Origin: Erysipelothrix larvae
Lineage (GTDB): Bacteria > Bacillota_I > Bacilli_A > Erysipelotrichales > Erysipelotrichaceae
NCBI RefSeq assembly: GCF_001545095.1
Contig: NZ_CP013213.1
Location: 1,410,001-1,442,000 of the forward strand
Length of the DNA: 32,000 nt
Direction: 5' to 3'
Below are positions 23,377-31,712 of this stretch, piece by piece. A model generated the notes under the pieces. That model worked only from the letters and a program-made list of their open reading frames with translations, ran no database searches and was not told the DNA's origin. The position numbers and the translations under genes are program-made. The stretch's first letter is position 1. Each line of letters begins with the position of its first letter.

Positions 23377-23623
23377 CTGAACGGACCACACCGTTAAACC
23401 AAACAGGATTCTTGATACTGCCATCTTCCTTTAGTTTTTCTAACCTGCTCTCCGTATGAGGCGCATAACCATTTAGAACAGGTCCTTCTTGTAACTGGAT
23501 GTCCGTAAACCAAATCATGCCAGTGCAATCATAGAGGGTAGGTTTTATGCTTACACTCATGACACGCATATCTTGTTTTTTATTTATGACTTCTGCCAAC
23601 CTTATAAATTTAACCTTAGCCAT
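23377..23623 (-). pseudogene. 5' part of the tail-accessory gene interrupted by the IS21-family element
   Basis: ATG 23623 (overlaps the upstream stop as ATGGCTAA). The track ORF 23357-23623 ends with 7 codons read from the IS end. The restored product would be ~194 aa. Confidence 0.8.
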
Positions 23624-23816
23624 CTAACGTCCACCTTATTTCACAGGGATGACCTACCCATCCCGTGACCACTGACCCTGCTTGTAAAAAGAGATCCGTA
23701 ATATAAAAAGTGCCTGTGCAATTTGTGACACAGACACGGACGGTAATGGATTTTACTTTAGTAGAGTAGCTTTCTGGGTGTATCTTTTCTGATGTTCTTG
23801 AAAAATAGGCCACCAA
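23616..23816 (-). CDS. 66-aa ORF in frame with Tal, separated from it by a single TAA (C-terminal half of a jelly-roll/CBM-like domain)
   Basis: Tal stop TAA (23828-23826), then GGA GGT GGA, then TTG/GTG start, all in the same frame. The ORF carries the terminal strands ...SITVRVCVTNCTGTFYITDLFLQAGSVVTGW of a domain whose first half ends Tal. Confidence 0.55.
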   Translation of the reverse strand: MVAYFSRTSEKIHPESYSTKVKSITVRVCVTNCTGTFYITDLFLQAGSVVTGWVGHPCEIRWTLDG

Positions 23817-23825
23817 TCCACCTCC

Positions 23826-26351
23826 TTAATACAAATCAATAAACCTTGCTTCTGTCGTTCCATCTTCATATTCAATAACCACTTCAATGCCAACCTGTGA
23901 GTTGCTACTCAGCTTTTCAAGGTTTTCAGATGCGATTTGTGCCGAGAGCGTGTAGCTAGAGCGATTAGCTGGATAGATGGTCTGAGCCATACTTTTTGTC
24001 ATATTGGCTATACCCATTGCCTTAAAGGATGTCGACCCACTTACACCGTTATCACCATCTACTTCAAAGCCTGAGTTAACCCAGTAAGCCATTCCATCAT
24101 CAGCACGAGAATTTCGCAACAGATTAAAAGGCACCATTTCCCGGATATCATTGTTTGTCACCATACTTGTGCCTTCAAGAGAATCTGCCACGTTATCCCA
24201 CTGGCTTGCAGAACTACCCAGATTTTTAAGGGTAGTAGATAGTTCTAATACTGTATTCCATGGTTCTTGTAAGTTGTATTCTCTTCGTATGACACGAGTG
24301 GTCACCGACAGCCCTAAATCCTTATCTTCTACATGAACGTAATCGCCAAGCGACCATGCCTCATGCTCATAACCCGTTAAGACTGATAAATCCATTGCAT
24401 TTAAAACATAGGAGATATTGGGTTTTGAATACTGAGCCAGCCTCATCTCGGTATATTCTTTCATCTGATAGGGATTGGTAAAGGAAGAACAATCAAGCGT
24501 TGATATTCGAATATCAGACGAATAAGTATAGTCCTCCACATACGCCTTTCCTCCATTGATGTCTGCAAAGGTAAGACCATCGCTGCCAATGGCATAGAGC
24601 CTTGTTACAAGACTTCTGGTATCAACGACTCTTTTAATGCTCTTCATATTTTTCTTATAGGCGAACAATGCACCACTATCCGTACCATAGACCGTTAAGA
24701 GATGGACCAGTCTATTCGGGCAATCAAAGACAAGGTCTCCACCGTGTAAGTCAGCAACCGTGCGAAGGATGGAAAGTGCATTCTTTTCTGTACTCGTCCA
24801 GGTTCTTTTAGTTCGTACATTAACTGTGCCTACGCTCCATTCCGTTCCTTCTAAGGCATAAGCCATAGAGACTTCAGCAGTTTCTGCATCAAATTTATGC
24901 TCTTCTTTTCGCACTGAAAAAGTCAGGTCATAAAACTCTGCCTCAGCATACACTTCAGTCGCTAGATTTCCTTCGCTGTCTTTTGTATCTGTTAAAGTCC
25001 TTACTTTATAGATGTCATCAACAATCTGAATTTTCTTTTCGCTATCAATAAATCCCCGCTTGGGATCACGGTAGGGGATCATAAAGGAGAGCGTATCCTC
25101 GCCATTGATTTCACTGGTTACCACAATGTTATAAGCATTTTCTAACACAGCCTCCCAAGCCCCATTTGAATCCAGTACGACCGGTCTTGAAAAACCAATC
25201 CTCTCATAAGGTGACTTTGGAATGTCATATAGCCTGATATCAATAATTCGAGGGGTCTTACTCGTATCTGTGGTAGTAAGTGTGACCTTAAAACGAATGT
25301 ATGCCTTATTTGGAGATACCAGTTTTCCATCAAGTGCGATGGCTACCCAATCACTCCAATGAACTAGGTCATCGCTTGTTGAGGTTTCTATCGGCCCAAC
25401 TGCAGTTACCCCAGAGATATATTCACTGGTAACGGAGACCCGACCTGTGCCAGATAGATTGCACGTTGCCGGAGCAGTATATAGTGTTCCTTCCGTTGGA
25501 TAGACACCTTCTGTTTCCCTTAAGCTCACCACTCCCGGTACGCTAAGAGCATCAACAGCACCGCCCATATCACCACCGTTAGTCAAAAGAGACCCATTGA
25601 AATAATCAATCAAATCATCCACTGTAAGACTTGAATCCATATCAAAAAACCAGTCATCAAATCTTCCAGCATACCAATAGGCATCTGCATGCATGCCCAT
25701 AATGATGTCGGCCGTGCAAGAAGGATTTAGTGTGCCTGTAAAGGAATAAGTCGGTGACACCCAGCTTGTTCCGCTCGTCTTATCTCCCAGTACAATCCAT
25801 GCATTTTTATTGTTTGGTTCTATGACCGTGCAAATAAAATACACACCACCATTGATGAGTGAAAAAGGCGGTGTGGTTGTTTGGTCGAGTATGAGAGAAC
25901 CACTAGCGTTATAAAGCATGATTCTAGGTCTGCCTGCAAAGAGCGACAGGTAAAAGATAGGCTGACCAGGACCATAGCGCGTATTTAATACGGGGCAATA
26001 GGTATTTCCCACCGAATAAGTAGTCGGTATCATCCAACCGCCAACAAGGATTCGCTCTCCCATCTCCGAAAAGAAAGTACCATCATTGGCCACTTTAAGG
26101 TAGGTTTTTTCTGTAGCGGGATTGTTGATGTTGATTCGGATTTGTCTCCCTTTTTGGCCACTTAGAAGGCTCGCAGTTGTTCCTAGATAATTGACAAGCT
26201 CTATTTTTCTGTCTAACCCAGAAGAGTCTGCAAGATAGCCATATTCATCAACTGATACATCATTAAATCGCCACAGTCCAGATTTTGCATATTCGACTGG
26301 GAACTCTCCCGTAAAATCTGTCTGCTTATTTAATATTGTTTTTAGTGCCAC
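23826..26351 (-). CDS. Tail-associated lysin / tail-tip protein (Tal, prophage endopeptidase-tail type) with N-terminal LamG-like extension
   Basis: From ~aa 385: VLENAYNIVVTSEINGEDTLSFMIPYRDPKRGFIDSEKKIQIVDDIYKVRTL is typical of the prophage tail endopeptidase family. The N-terminal ~385 aa contain a LamG-like end motif (YAGRFDDWFFDMDSSLTVDDLIDYF). GTG start with GGAGGTG SD. Position is directly after Dit. Confidence 0.85.
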   Translation of the reverse strand: MALKTILNKQTDFTGEFPVEYAKSGLWRFNDVSVDEYGYLADSSGLDRKIELVNYLGTTASLLSGQKGRQIRININNPATEKTYLKVANDGTFFSEMGERILVGGWMIPTTYSVGNTYCPVLNTRYGPGQPIFYLSLFAGRPRIMLYNASGSLILDQTTTPPFSLINGGVYFICTVIEPNNKNAWIVLGDKTSGTSWVSPTYSFTGTLNPSCTADIIMGMHADAYWYAGRFDDWFFDMDSSLTVDDLIDYFNGSLLTNGGDMGGAVDALSVPGVVSLRETEGVYPTEGTLYTAPATCNLSGTGRVSVTSEYISGVTAVGPIETSTSDDLVHWSDWVAIALDGKLVSPNKAYIRFKVTLTTTDTSKTPRIIDIRLYDIPKSPYERIGFSRPVVLDSNGAWEAVLENAYNIVVTSEINGEDTLSFMIPYRDPKRGFIDSEKKIQIVDDIYKVRTLTDTKDSEGNLATEVYAEAEFYDLTFSVRKEEHKFDAETAEVSMAYALEGTEWSVGTVNVRTKRTWTSTEKNALSILRTVADLHGGDLVFDCPNRLVHLLTVYGTDSGALFAYKKNMKSIKRVVDTRSLVTRLYAIGSDGLTFADINGGKAYVEDYTYSSDIRISTLDCSSFTNPYQMKEYTEMRLAQYSKPNISYVLNAMDLSVLTGYEHEAWSLGDYVHVEDKDLGLSVTTRVIRREYNLQEPWNTVLELSTTLKNLGSSASQWDNVADSLEGTSMVTNNDIREMVPFNLLRNSRADDGMAYWVNSGFEVDGDNGVSGSTSFKAMGIANMTKSMAQTIYPANRSSYTLSAQIASENLEKLSSNSQVGIEVVIEYEDGTTEARFIDLY

Positions 26352-26355
26352 TGGA

Positions 26356-27132
26356 TCACCTCCATCTACTGCGAGCCTTTATTTCAAGTGCTGTAAACAC
26401 AGCATTATTCGTTGTTATTGCTAGGGTATTCGTGCCCACATGAAGACTTGGAAAATCTATATCCTCTAGGTAAGGCAAAGCGTTTCTTAAGATTATCCCG
26501 TTTTCGTCTTCCACATAAGCCGTCATCTTACCTGTATCAATGACAAGGGTTTCTTCTGCCAAAAGTACAGCATTCACTATTTTCATTTCCAAGCCATTGG
26601 TTGTAACAGAAATAGAATTGTTCACACCCGATGTGATGATTCCCTTCAAGCGATACATAGGATTGGAATCAACATTGCCGGTCAGTCTTGTAACCGTGTG
26701 GTCGCCTTCGCTTTCTATTAAATAATTTTCATCCGTAATGGCATAAGCAAAAGGGTCAGGACAGAAAAACTTCAAGTTGAAACTTCCTGCAAAACGAATG
26801 AGTCGTTCACAGTCCACTTTTTCATTCAGCCTTGCCATGAAATACCTGTCGGGTACATCATCAAAAACAAGTTCTTTTAACCCTTGCATGGGATCAAGCC
26901 ATGTTGAAAGTTCATCAAGCGTACTCACCAGAGCAGAAAAGCTATGCTTGGGATAGATATTGCAAGCTACATTGATTTCTCGGTAATCAAAATCAGCTCC
27001 AAAGTCTGTCACCCCATACTTTCCAGGTACGTTGGTGGTGAAATTTCGCATTCCTCCACAGACCTGCCAGGAAGTGAGCCTGGCTTTTAGTCCCATGCTT
27101 TTTGAAGAAATATCGTCATATGAAAAACCCAT
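26356..27132 (-). CDS. Distal tail protein (Dit, siphovirus tail component)
   Basis: Located between the tape measure and Tal. N-terminus MGFSYDDISSKSMGLKARLTSW..., size ~258 aa. Start set at ATG 27132 (GGAGGTG 5 nt upstream). Confidence 0.8.
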   Translation of the reverse strand: MGFSYDDISSKSMGLKARLTSWQVCGGMRNFTTNVPGKYGVTDFGADFDYREINVACNIYPKHSFSALVSTLDELSTWLDPMQGLKELVFDDVPDRYFMARLNEKVDCERLIRFAGSFNLKFFCPDPFAYAITDENYLIESEGDHTVTRLTGNVDSNPMYRLKGIITSGVNNSISVTTNGLEMKIVNAVLLAEETLVIDTGKMTAYVEDENGIILRNALPYLEDIDFPSLHVGTNTLAITTNNAVFTALEIKARSRWR

Positions 27133-27144
27133 CGGCACACCTCC

Positions 27145-29751
27145 TTATGTTGTAGAAAACCGACCCTGAGCACGAGAGCCTGTCTGAATTAAGTTATAAA
27201 GTTCCTGAGATACCCTTCTGATATCATCTTCACTTCGTACAATCATCTGCTGTATAGTAACTAGCGACCCACTGACACCACCTAGGGAAGAGGTCGCTGC
27301 ATTTGAAATCACGCCGCCTACAGAAGTATCCACTGAAAAGTCTGTAGGCAAGGATGTACTCATATCACTGGCAAGACTGGTCATCACATCGTTGATATCC
27401 TCGCTCATCATTTCAGCTGCTTTTACAGCCTCATCACCGTTATCTTGGATAGAACCTGCAAGACCTTTCACAAGCATTTCACCAACCCACCCCATCTGTT
27501 TCGAGGGTGATTTGATACCGAAGAAATCCTTGATACCCGTCCAAATGCCACTAATCCAACCACTCACTTTATTCCATAACCAAGAAGCAAGGGATTGAAT
27601 ACCCTGCCATAACCCTTTTACAATGTTGCCACCCACCGTCACGATGGAACCCATGGAGTTTGTAAATGCTCTGACGATGCCGCCAATAATCTGAGGCACT
27701 GCTTTTACGATCTCTACCACAATGGTTGGTAAATTCTGAATGAGTGCTACAAATAGCTGAACCCCTGCCATAATGATCTTGTCGATGTTTCCAATTAAGG
27801 CATTTACGATACTTGAAATGATTTGAGGGATTGCCACCACAATGGTGGTAATAATGGTCGGTAGATTTTGAATCAGTGCAACAAGTAAGTCGACACCCGC
27901 TTGTATGAGTTGTGGAATCGAACTTAAAATCCCATTTAATATTCCATCAATTATCTGTGGAATCGCCTCTACAATAGCCGTAATAATTTCAGGCAAGGCT
28001 GTAACCAACGATGTTAATAGCTGAATACCTGCATCTATAATCTGAGGAATTGCGCTTATAATAAAATCAACGATTGCCAAAATAATCTTAGGGAGAGCCT
28101 CAATTAGTTGCGGGATCGCCTCGAGTAGCCCCTGAGCCAAACCAAGTATTAACTGCAGTGCTGCATCGAGAAGCATGGGTAAATTATCCACCAAACCTTG
28201 CACAATCGTAGTAATTGCATTAACTGCCGCAGGAATCAGTTCTGGGAGAGCCTGCCCAAGACCGTCCACTAAAGCTGCTATTAACTGAACGGCTGCATCC
28301 ACTAGCAGTGGTAAGTTTTCAATCAAGGCATTCACAATCGTAAGGATGGAATCAACCGCTACCGGTATTAAGGTAGGTAATAGGTTCATCAGTGCGTTCA
28401 GTACCTGAGTAAATAAATCTGTCACCGTAGCAAGCAGTGTCGGTAACAAATCAGAAACCGCATCCAATAATGCTTCAATTGCGATGGGCAGGGTCTTTAC
28501 GATATTTTCAATCACTGGAGTAATGTTTTTTACCACCGACTGAAAGGCATCCACCATGTTTTTACTGAGTTGTTCCATATTCGCATCGGCATTTCCAAAA
28601 CCAACTAAAAGATTTTGTAAAGCAGATTCAAAAGCATTCAAGGACCCTGAAATAGTCTCCTCTGCCTCAAGAGCAGTCGTACCAGCAATGCCCATGCTTT
28701 CTTGAATGACATGGATGGCAGAAACTACATCGGCATAAGAAGAAACATCGTACTCAATGCCAGAGATAGCCTCGGCATCGGCAAGGAGTCGCTCCATTTC
28801 ACTTTTTGTACCACCATATCCAAGTTTAAGGTTGTCTAGCATGGTGTAATTTTGTTTAGCAAAACCCTGATAGGCATTTTGAATGGATTCCATGTCTGTA
28901 CCCATTTTATTGGCATTGTCAGACATATCAGTAATTGCCATATCCGCATATTTAACGGCTTTTTCAGTATCTCCTCCAAGAGAAGAAATAAGGCTTGCAG
29001 AAAACGAAGTGACCGTTTCCATGTAGTCATTGGCAGAAAGACCTGCCGTCTTATAGGCATTCGATGCATAGTCTTGTAACTGCTGAGAGTTTTCTTTAAA
29101 AAGCGTATCCACACCACCGACTAATTGTTCGTAATCTGCATAAGCGGAAATGACTTCTTTACCCAGTTTGACAGCCGCCGCACCTGCTGCAACAGCAACT
29201 GCTCCCATGGCAATGCCGATAGATTTTAGAGTTGTACCTAAACCTTTAAACTTAGATTCGGATTTTTCAGCAGAGTCAGCCGCCTCATCAATCTCTTTTC
29301 CCATATCATCTGCACTGTCGGTGACATCGTTCATTTCACGGTTCATGTCATCGAGAGCATCTTCAGCATCATCATAATTGGAGTTAGCTTCTTCAAGAGC
29401 AGCATTATTGCTACTTAACTCTCGCTCCATATTGTTGAGTGCCGCCTCAGCATTGTTCAATTGAATCTGCCAGTTTTGTGTTCTTCTATCAGTTTCTCCA
29501 AAGGAGGTAGCTGCATTCTCAAGAGCCGACCTCAAGGTATCAATTTTGCTTTTTTGGGTTTCAATCTCTTTATTGAGGACTGAATTTCTGGCGGAAAGTG
29601 CCTGGACAGACTTATCGTTTTTATCAAATTCTGAGGCTACCAGTTTCATTTCAGAGCCAAGTACTTTAAAGGAACGATTGATATCGGTTAATGCCTTTTT
29701 AAATTCTTTCTCGCCTTCAAGACCGATTTTTAAGCCAAAATTATCTGCCAT
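27145..29751 (-). CDS. Tape measure protein
   Basis: ~868 aa with an N-terminal coiled coil, a hydrophobic segment (IGIAMGAVAVAAGAAAV) and a long array of degenerate (A/V)IPQII...LPTI... repeats. It lies downstream of the G/GT chaperone. Start set at ATG 29751 (GGAGG 8 nt upstream). Confidence 0.92.
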   Translation of the reverse strand: MADNFGLKIGLEGEKEFKKALTDINRSFKVLGSEMKLVASEFDKNDKSVQALSARNSVLNKEIETQKSKIDTLRSALENAATSFGETDRRTQNWQIQLNNAEAALNNMERELSSNNAALEEANSNYDDAEDALDDMNREMNDVTDSADDMGKEIDEAADSAEKSESKFKGLGTTLKSIGIAMGAVAVAAGAAAVKLGKEVISAYADYEQLVGGVDTLFKENSQQLQDYASNAYKTAGLSANDYMETVTSFSASLISSLGGDTEKAVKYADMAITDMSDNANKMGTDMESIQNAYQGFAKQNYTMLDNLKLGYGGTKSEMERLLADAEAISGIEYDVSSYADVVSAIHVIQESMGIAGTTALEAEETISGSLNAFESALQNLLVGFGNADANMEQLSKNMVDAFQSVVKNITPVIENIVKTLPIAIEALLDAVSDLLPTLLATVTDLFTQVLNALMNLLPTLIPVAVDSILTIVNALIENLPLLVDAAVQLIAALVDGLGQALPELIPAAVNAITTIVQGLVDNLPMLLDAALQLILGLAQGLLEAIPQLIEALPKIILAIVDFIISAIPQIIDAGIQLLTSLVTALPEIITAIVEAIPQIIDGILNGILSSIPQLIQAGVDLLVALIQNLPTIITTIVVAIPQIISSIVNALIGNIDKIIMAGVQLFVALIQNLPTIVVEIVKAVPQIIGGIVRAFTNSMGSIVTVGGNIVKGLWQGIQSLASWLWNKVSGWISGIWTGIKDFFGIKSPSKQMGWVGEMLVKGLAGSIQDNGDEAVKAAEMMSEDINDVMTSLASDMSTSLPTDFSVDTSVGGVISNAATSSLGGVSGSLVTIQQMIVRSEDDIRRVSQELYNLIQTGSRAQGRFSTT

Positions 29752-29768
29752 GCTCTCCACCTCCTTTG

Positions 29769-30340
29769 TCAGATTCCATCAGGGATGATGTCATCAATAA
29801 ATATCTCTCTTTTTGGTTTTGCCAGCCCCTGATACTGTTTGTGACACTCCCACAAGTCTAGTAGCAAACCAAACGGCATCAGCCAAAATTCATCCATGGT
29901 CAGATGTAATACGCTGATGCCGTAATATAAAAGCCTCGTAAATAACTCTTCGTCACTTACGGGGCTACTGCGTTTTTTTGGCTTTCCTCACTGAGTACAT
30001 TTCTTTTTGCACCCTTGTAAAGGGCATTCATAATTGCCTCTTTGTACTCTGCCAAATCAATCGGGCTTGTGAGAATTTCTACCTCATCTTCTGTCAGTAA
30101 TTCCTTCGGAGCATCCTTGTGCTTGATGTTATAGACAAGAGTACTTTGATTGGCCAGTAAGGTAATCAGCCACACAATCTCTGAAAGTGCCATCTCGACA
30201 TTCTCAGACTTCATTAGCTTATCGCCTAAGTTTTCAAGACCACCATATCGTCCTGCGATTTCCTTTGTTGCTTTTGTAGTAAGTAGTAGCACATATTCAT
30301 CGCCACCAATACGAATGCTTGCTGTTCGTTCGTTATCCAT
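29769..30340 (-). CDS. Tail assembly chaperone G-T fusion made by -1 programmed ribosomal frameshift
   Basis: Slippery A AAA AAC in the zero frame (T7 run on the plus strand, 29973-29979). The -1 frame is open for 67 further codons (RSSPVSDEELF...MDEFWLMPFGLLLDLWECHKQYQGLAKPKREIFIDDIIPDGI) down to TGA 29771-29769, verified base by base. Canonical position upstream of the tape measure. Confidence 0.8.
29957..30340 (-). CDS. Tail assembly chaperone (gpG-like, zero-frame product)
   Basis: 127 aa between the major tail and tape measure genes. GGAGGG SD. Confidence 0.85.
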   Translation of the reverse strand: MDNERTASIRIGGDEYVLLLTTKATKEIAGRYGGLENLGDKLMKSENVEMALSEIVWLITLLANQSTLVYNIKHKDAPKELLTEDEVEILTSPIDLAEYKEAIMNALYKGAKRNVLSEESQKNAVAP

Positions 30341-30343
30341 CGC

Positions 30344-30937
30344 TTAGCCCTCCGTAACTGTGTAATCCGGTTCATAGACTTCTGTATACCAACTGCTGAT
30401 AATCGATGCCGGTACATCCTTATCGCCTTCGGTCACTTCCGCTTTCCACGGATGTTTACCGCTTGTATCCGGCTTGTTTCTTCGGAGAACCGTACCTTCA
30501 ATTGTTGGTGTTGAGAATGTAATACTGTCACCTTTTGTTGCTAGGTTTGTCGCAGGAATACCGAATTTCACTCGATAGAGCCAATAGTATTTATACTTGC
30601 CATTGGATTTCTTTGCTCTAAAACCAACAGCCACAGGATCCCCGCCATCTTCACTGTTAGAAACCACAACGTTGTTCTTATCAACCGTGACTCCGGTTAA
30701 GGCGGCTGCAGTAGTCGAGCCAATATCATCCACTCCAAGAGAGATAGTGCCATTTTTAAATTCTTTAACGATTTCTGCCGCACCATCATCTGCATAGAGA
30801 GTTGCCTCTGCCAGTTCAACAGATAACTCTGCTGAGATTGCTTTTGCCAGCTGAGTGGGTGTGCCATAGATTTCTTCGCCATTTTCATCATCTGTGATGG
30901 TCGCATAATAAAGTTTATCCAGACCAATTGTTGCCAT
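30344..30937 (-). CDS. Major tail protein (phi13-family type)
   Basis: MATIGLDKLYYATITDDENGEEIYGTPTQLAKAISAELSVELAEATLYADDG is typical of Firmicute siphovirus major tail proteins. Position fits the module. Confidence 0.88.
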   Translation of the reverse strand: MATIGLDKLYYATITDDENGEEIYGTPTQLAKAISAELSVELAEATLYADDGAAEIVKEFKNGTISLGVDDIGSTTAAALTGVTVDKNNVVVSNSEDGGDPVAVGFRAKKSNGKYKYYWLYRVKFGIPATNLATKGDSITFSTPTIEGTVLRRNKPDTSGKHPWKAEVTEGDKDVPASIISSWYTEVYEPDYTVTEG

Positions 30938-30939
30938 TT

Positions 30940-31284
30940 TTAATTACCTCCTATTTCATAATGTTTGGCTACATCCACGTTGTAGTGGTAATAGCCCGTA
31001 TCATCTTCAAAGCCGATGTAGCTCCGTGCGGTTATGGTGAAACTGGAAGCCAACAATAACTGCACCACTTGATTTTTTAACGCTGTATAACTGCCTTTGC
31101 TATAAATTGAAATCCGTGCCTCTTGAACATCGATGCATGGTAGATTATCCGAATGAAGGTCAAATCTATCGCTCATCGGAACAATCACCATGTACTTTGA
31201 CGGCGCAGTATCCGAGAACACGCCTGTTTCTATTGGAACATCCAGTGATTCTAAAGCGACTTGTAAGTCTGCTAGAATGCTCAT
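30940..31284 (-). CDS. Tail terminator / tail completion protein (DUF3168-like)
   Basis: 114 aa between the gp10-like and major tail genes. Overlaps the upstream stop. Confidence 0.65.
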   Translation of the reverse strand: MSILADLQVALESLDVPIETGVFSDTAPSKYMVIVPMSDRFDLHSDNLPCIDVQEARISIYSKGSYTALKNQVVQLLLASSFTITARSYIGFEDDTGYYHYNVDVAKHYEIGGN

Positions 31285-31712
31285 ATCTTTTTGACCTCCT
31301 CTTCAAAAGTGCTTTTCATTACTGAGATACACTCAGACTTTGATGCACTTTTAGCTGGTTTCAAAAAAGGTTTCGCAGGTTGACCGTGTTTGCCATACTC
31401 AAGGATGTTTGCTATTTTTGCGTTACTCTCACCATCAGGCCTTGGTTCAGAAAATCCAATTTTTATATTGTGGTTTCCGTTCCTATCTAGCCTGACTGAA
31501 GTGACACCGAGTGCCTTTTCTAATTCACCCGTTGATCGTGATTCATGCTTTGTACCTTTACCGATTACAGCAGAAAGATTGCTCTTCGTTCGTTTGAAAA
31601 CGACTTCGCCACCTGCTTTTAGCACCTTTTCGGCAACAGGGTCAAAGTCAGATCCAAGCTTTGAAATCTTGAGCAAAAAATCATCGGGCATCTTAATATC
31701 AACTTTTGCCAA
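31281..31712 (-). CDS. HK97 gp10-family head-tail joining protein
   Basis: 143 aa (...KSNLSAVIGKGTKHESRSTGELEKAL...NILEYGKHGQPAKPFLKPA). This pattern and position are typical of the HK97 gp10 family. Confidence 0.8.
   Translation of the reverse strand: MAKVDIKMPDDFLLKISKLGSDFDPVAEKVLKAGGEVVFKRTKSNLSAVIGKGTKHESRSTGELEKALGVTSVRLDRNGNHNIKIGFSEPRPDGESNAKIANILEYGKHGQPAKPFLKPAKSASKSECISVMKSTFEEEVKKI

Noticed and set aside
27600-28500. Periodic DNA repeats considered as a possible CRISPR array or tandem-repeat locus
   Set aside because: They are in-frame degenerate coding repeats of the tape measure protein (IPQII...LPTI... units). They have no unique spacers and lie within a continuous ORF.
29766-29779. 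GTCAGATTCCATCA, a 13/14 match to part of the conserved repeat (copy B), plus a nearby CCACCTCC
   Set aside because: The orientation is opposite, the blocks are in a different order, and the CCACCTCC is simply the complement of the tape-measure SD. It is most likely chance.
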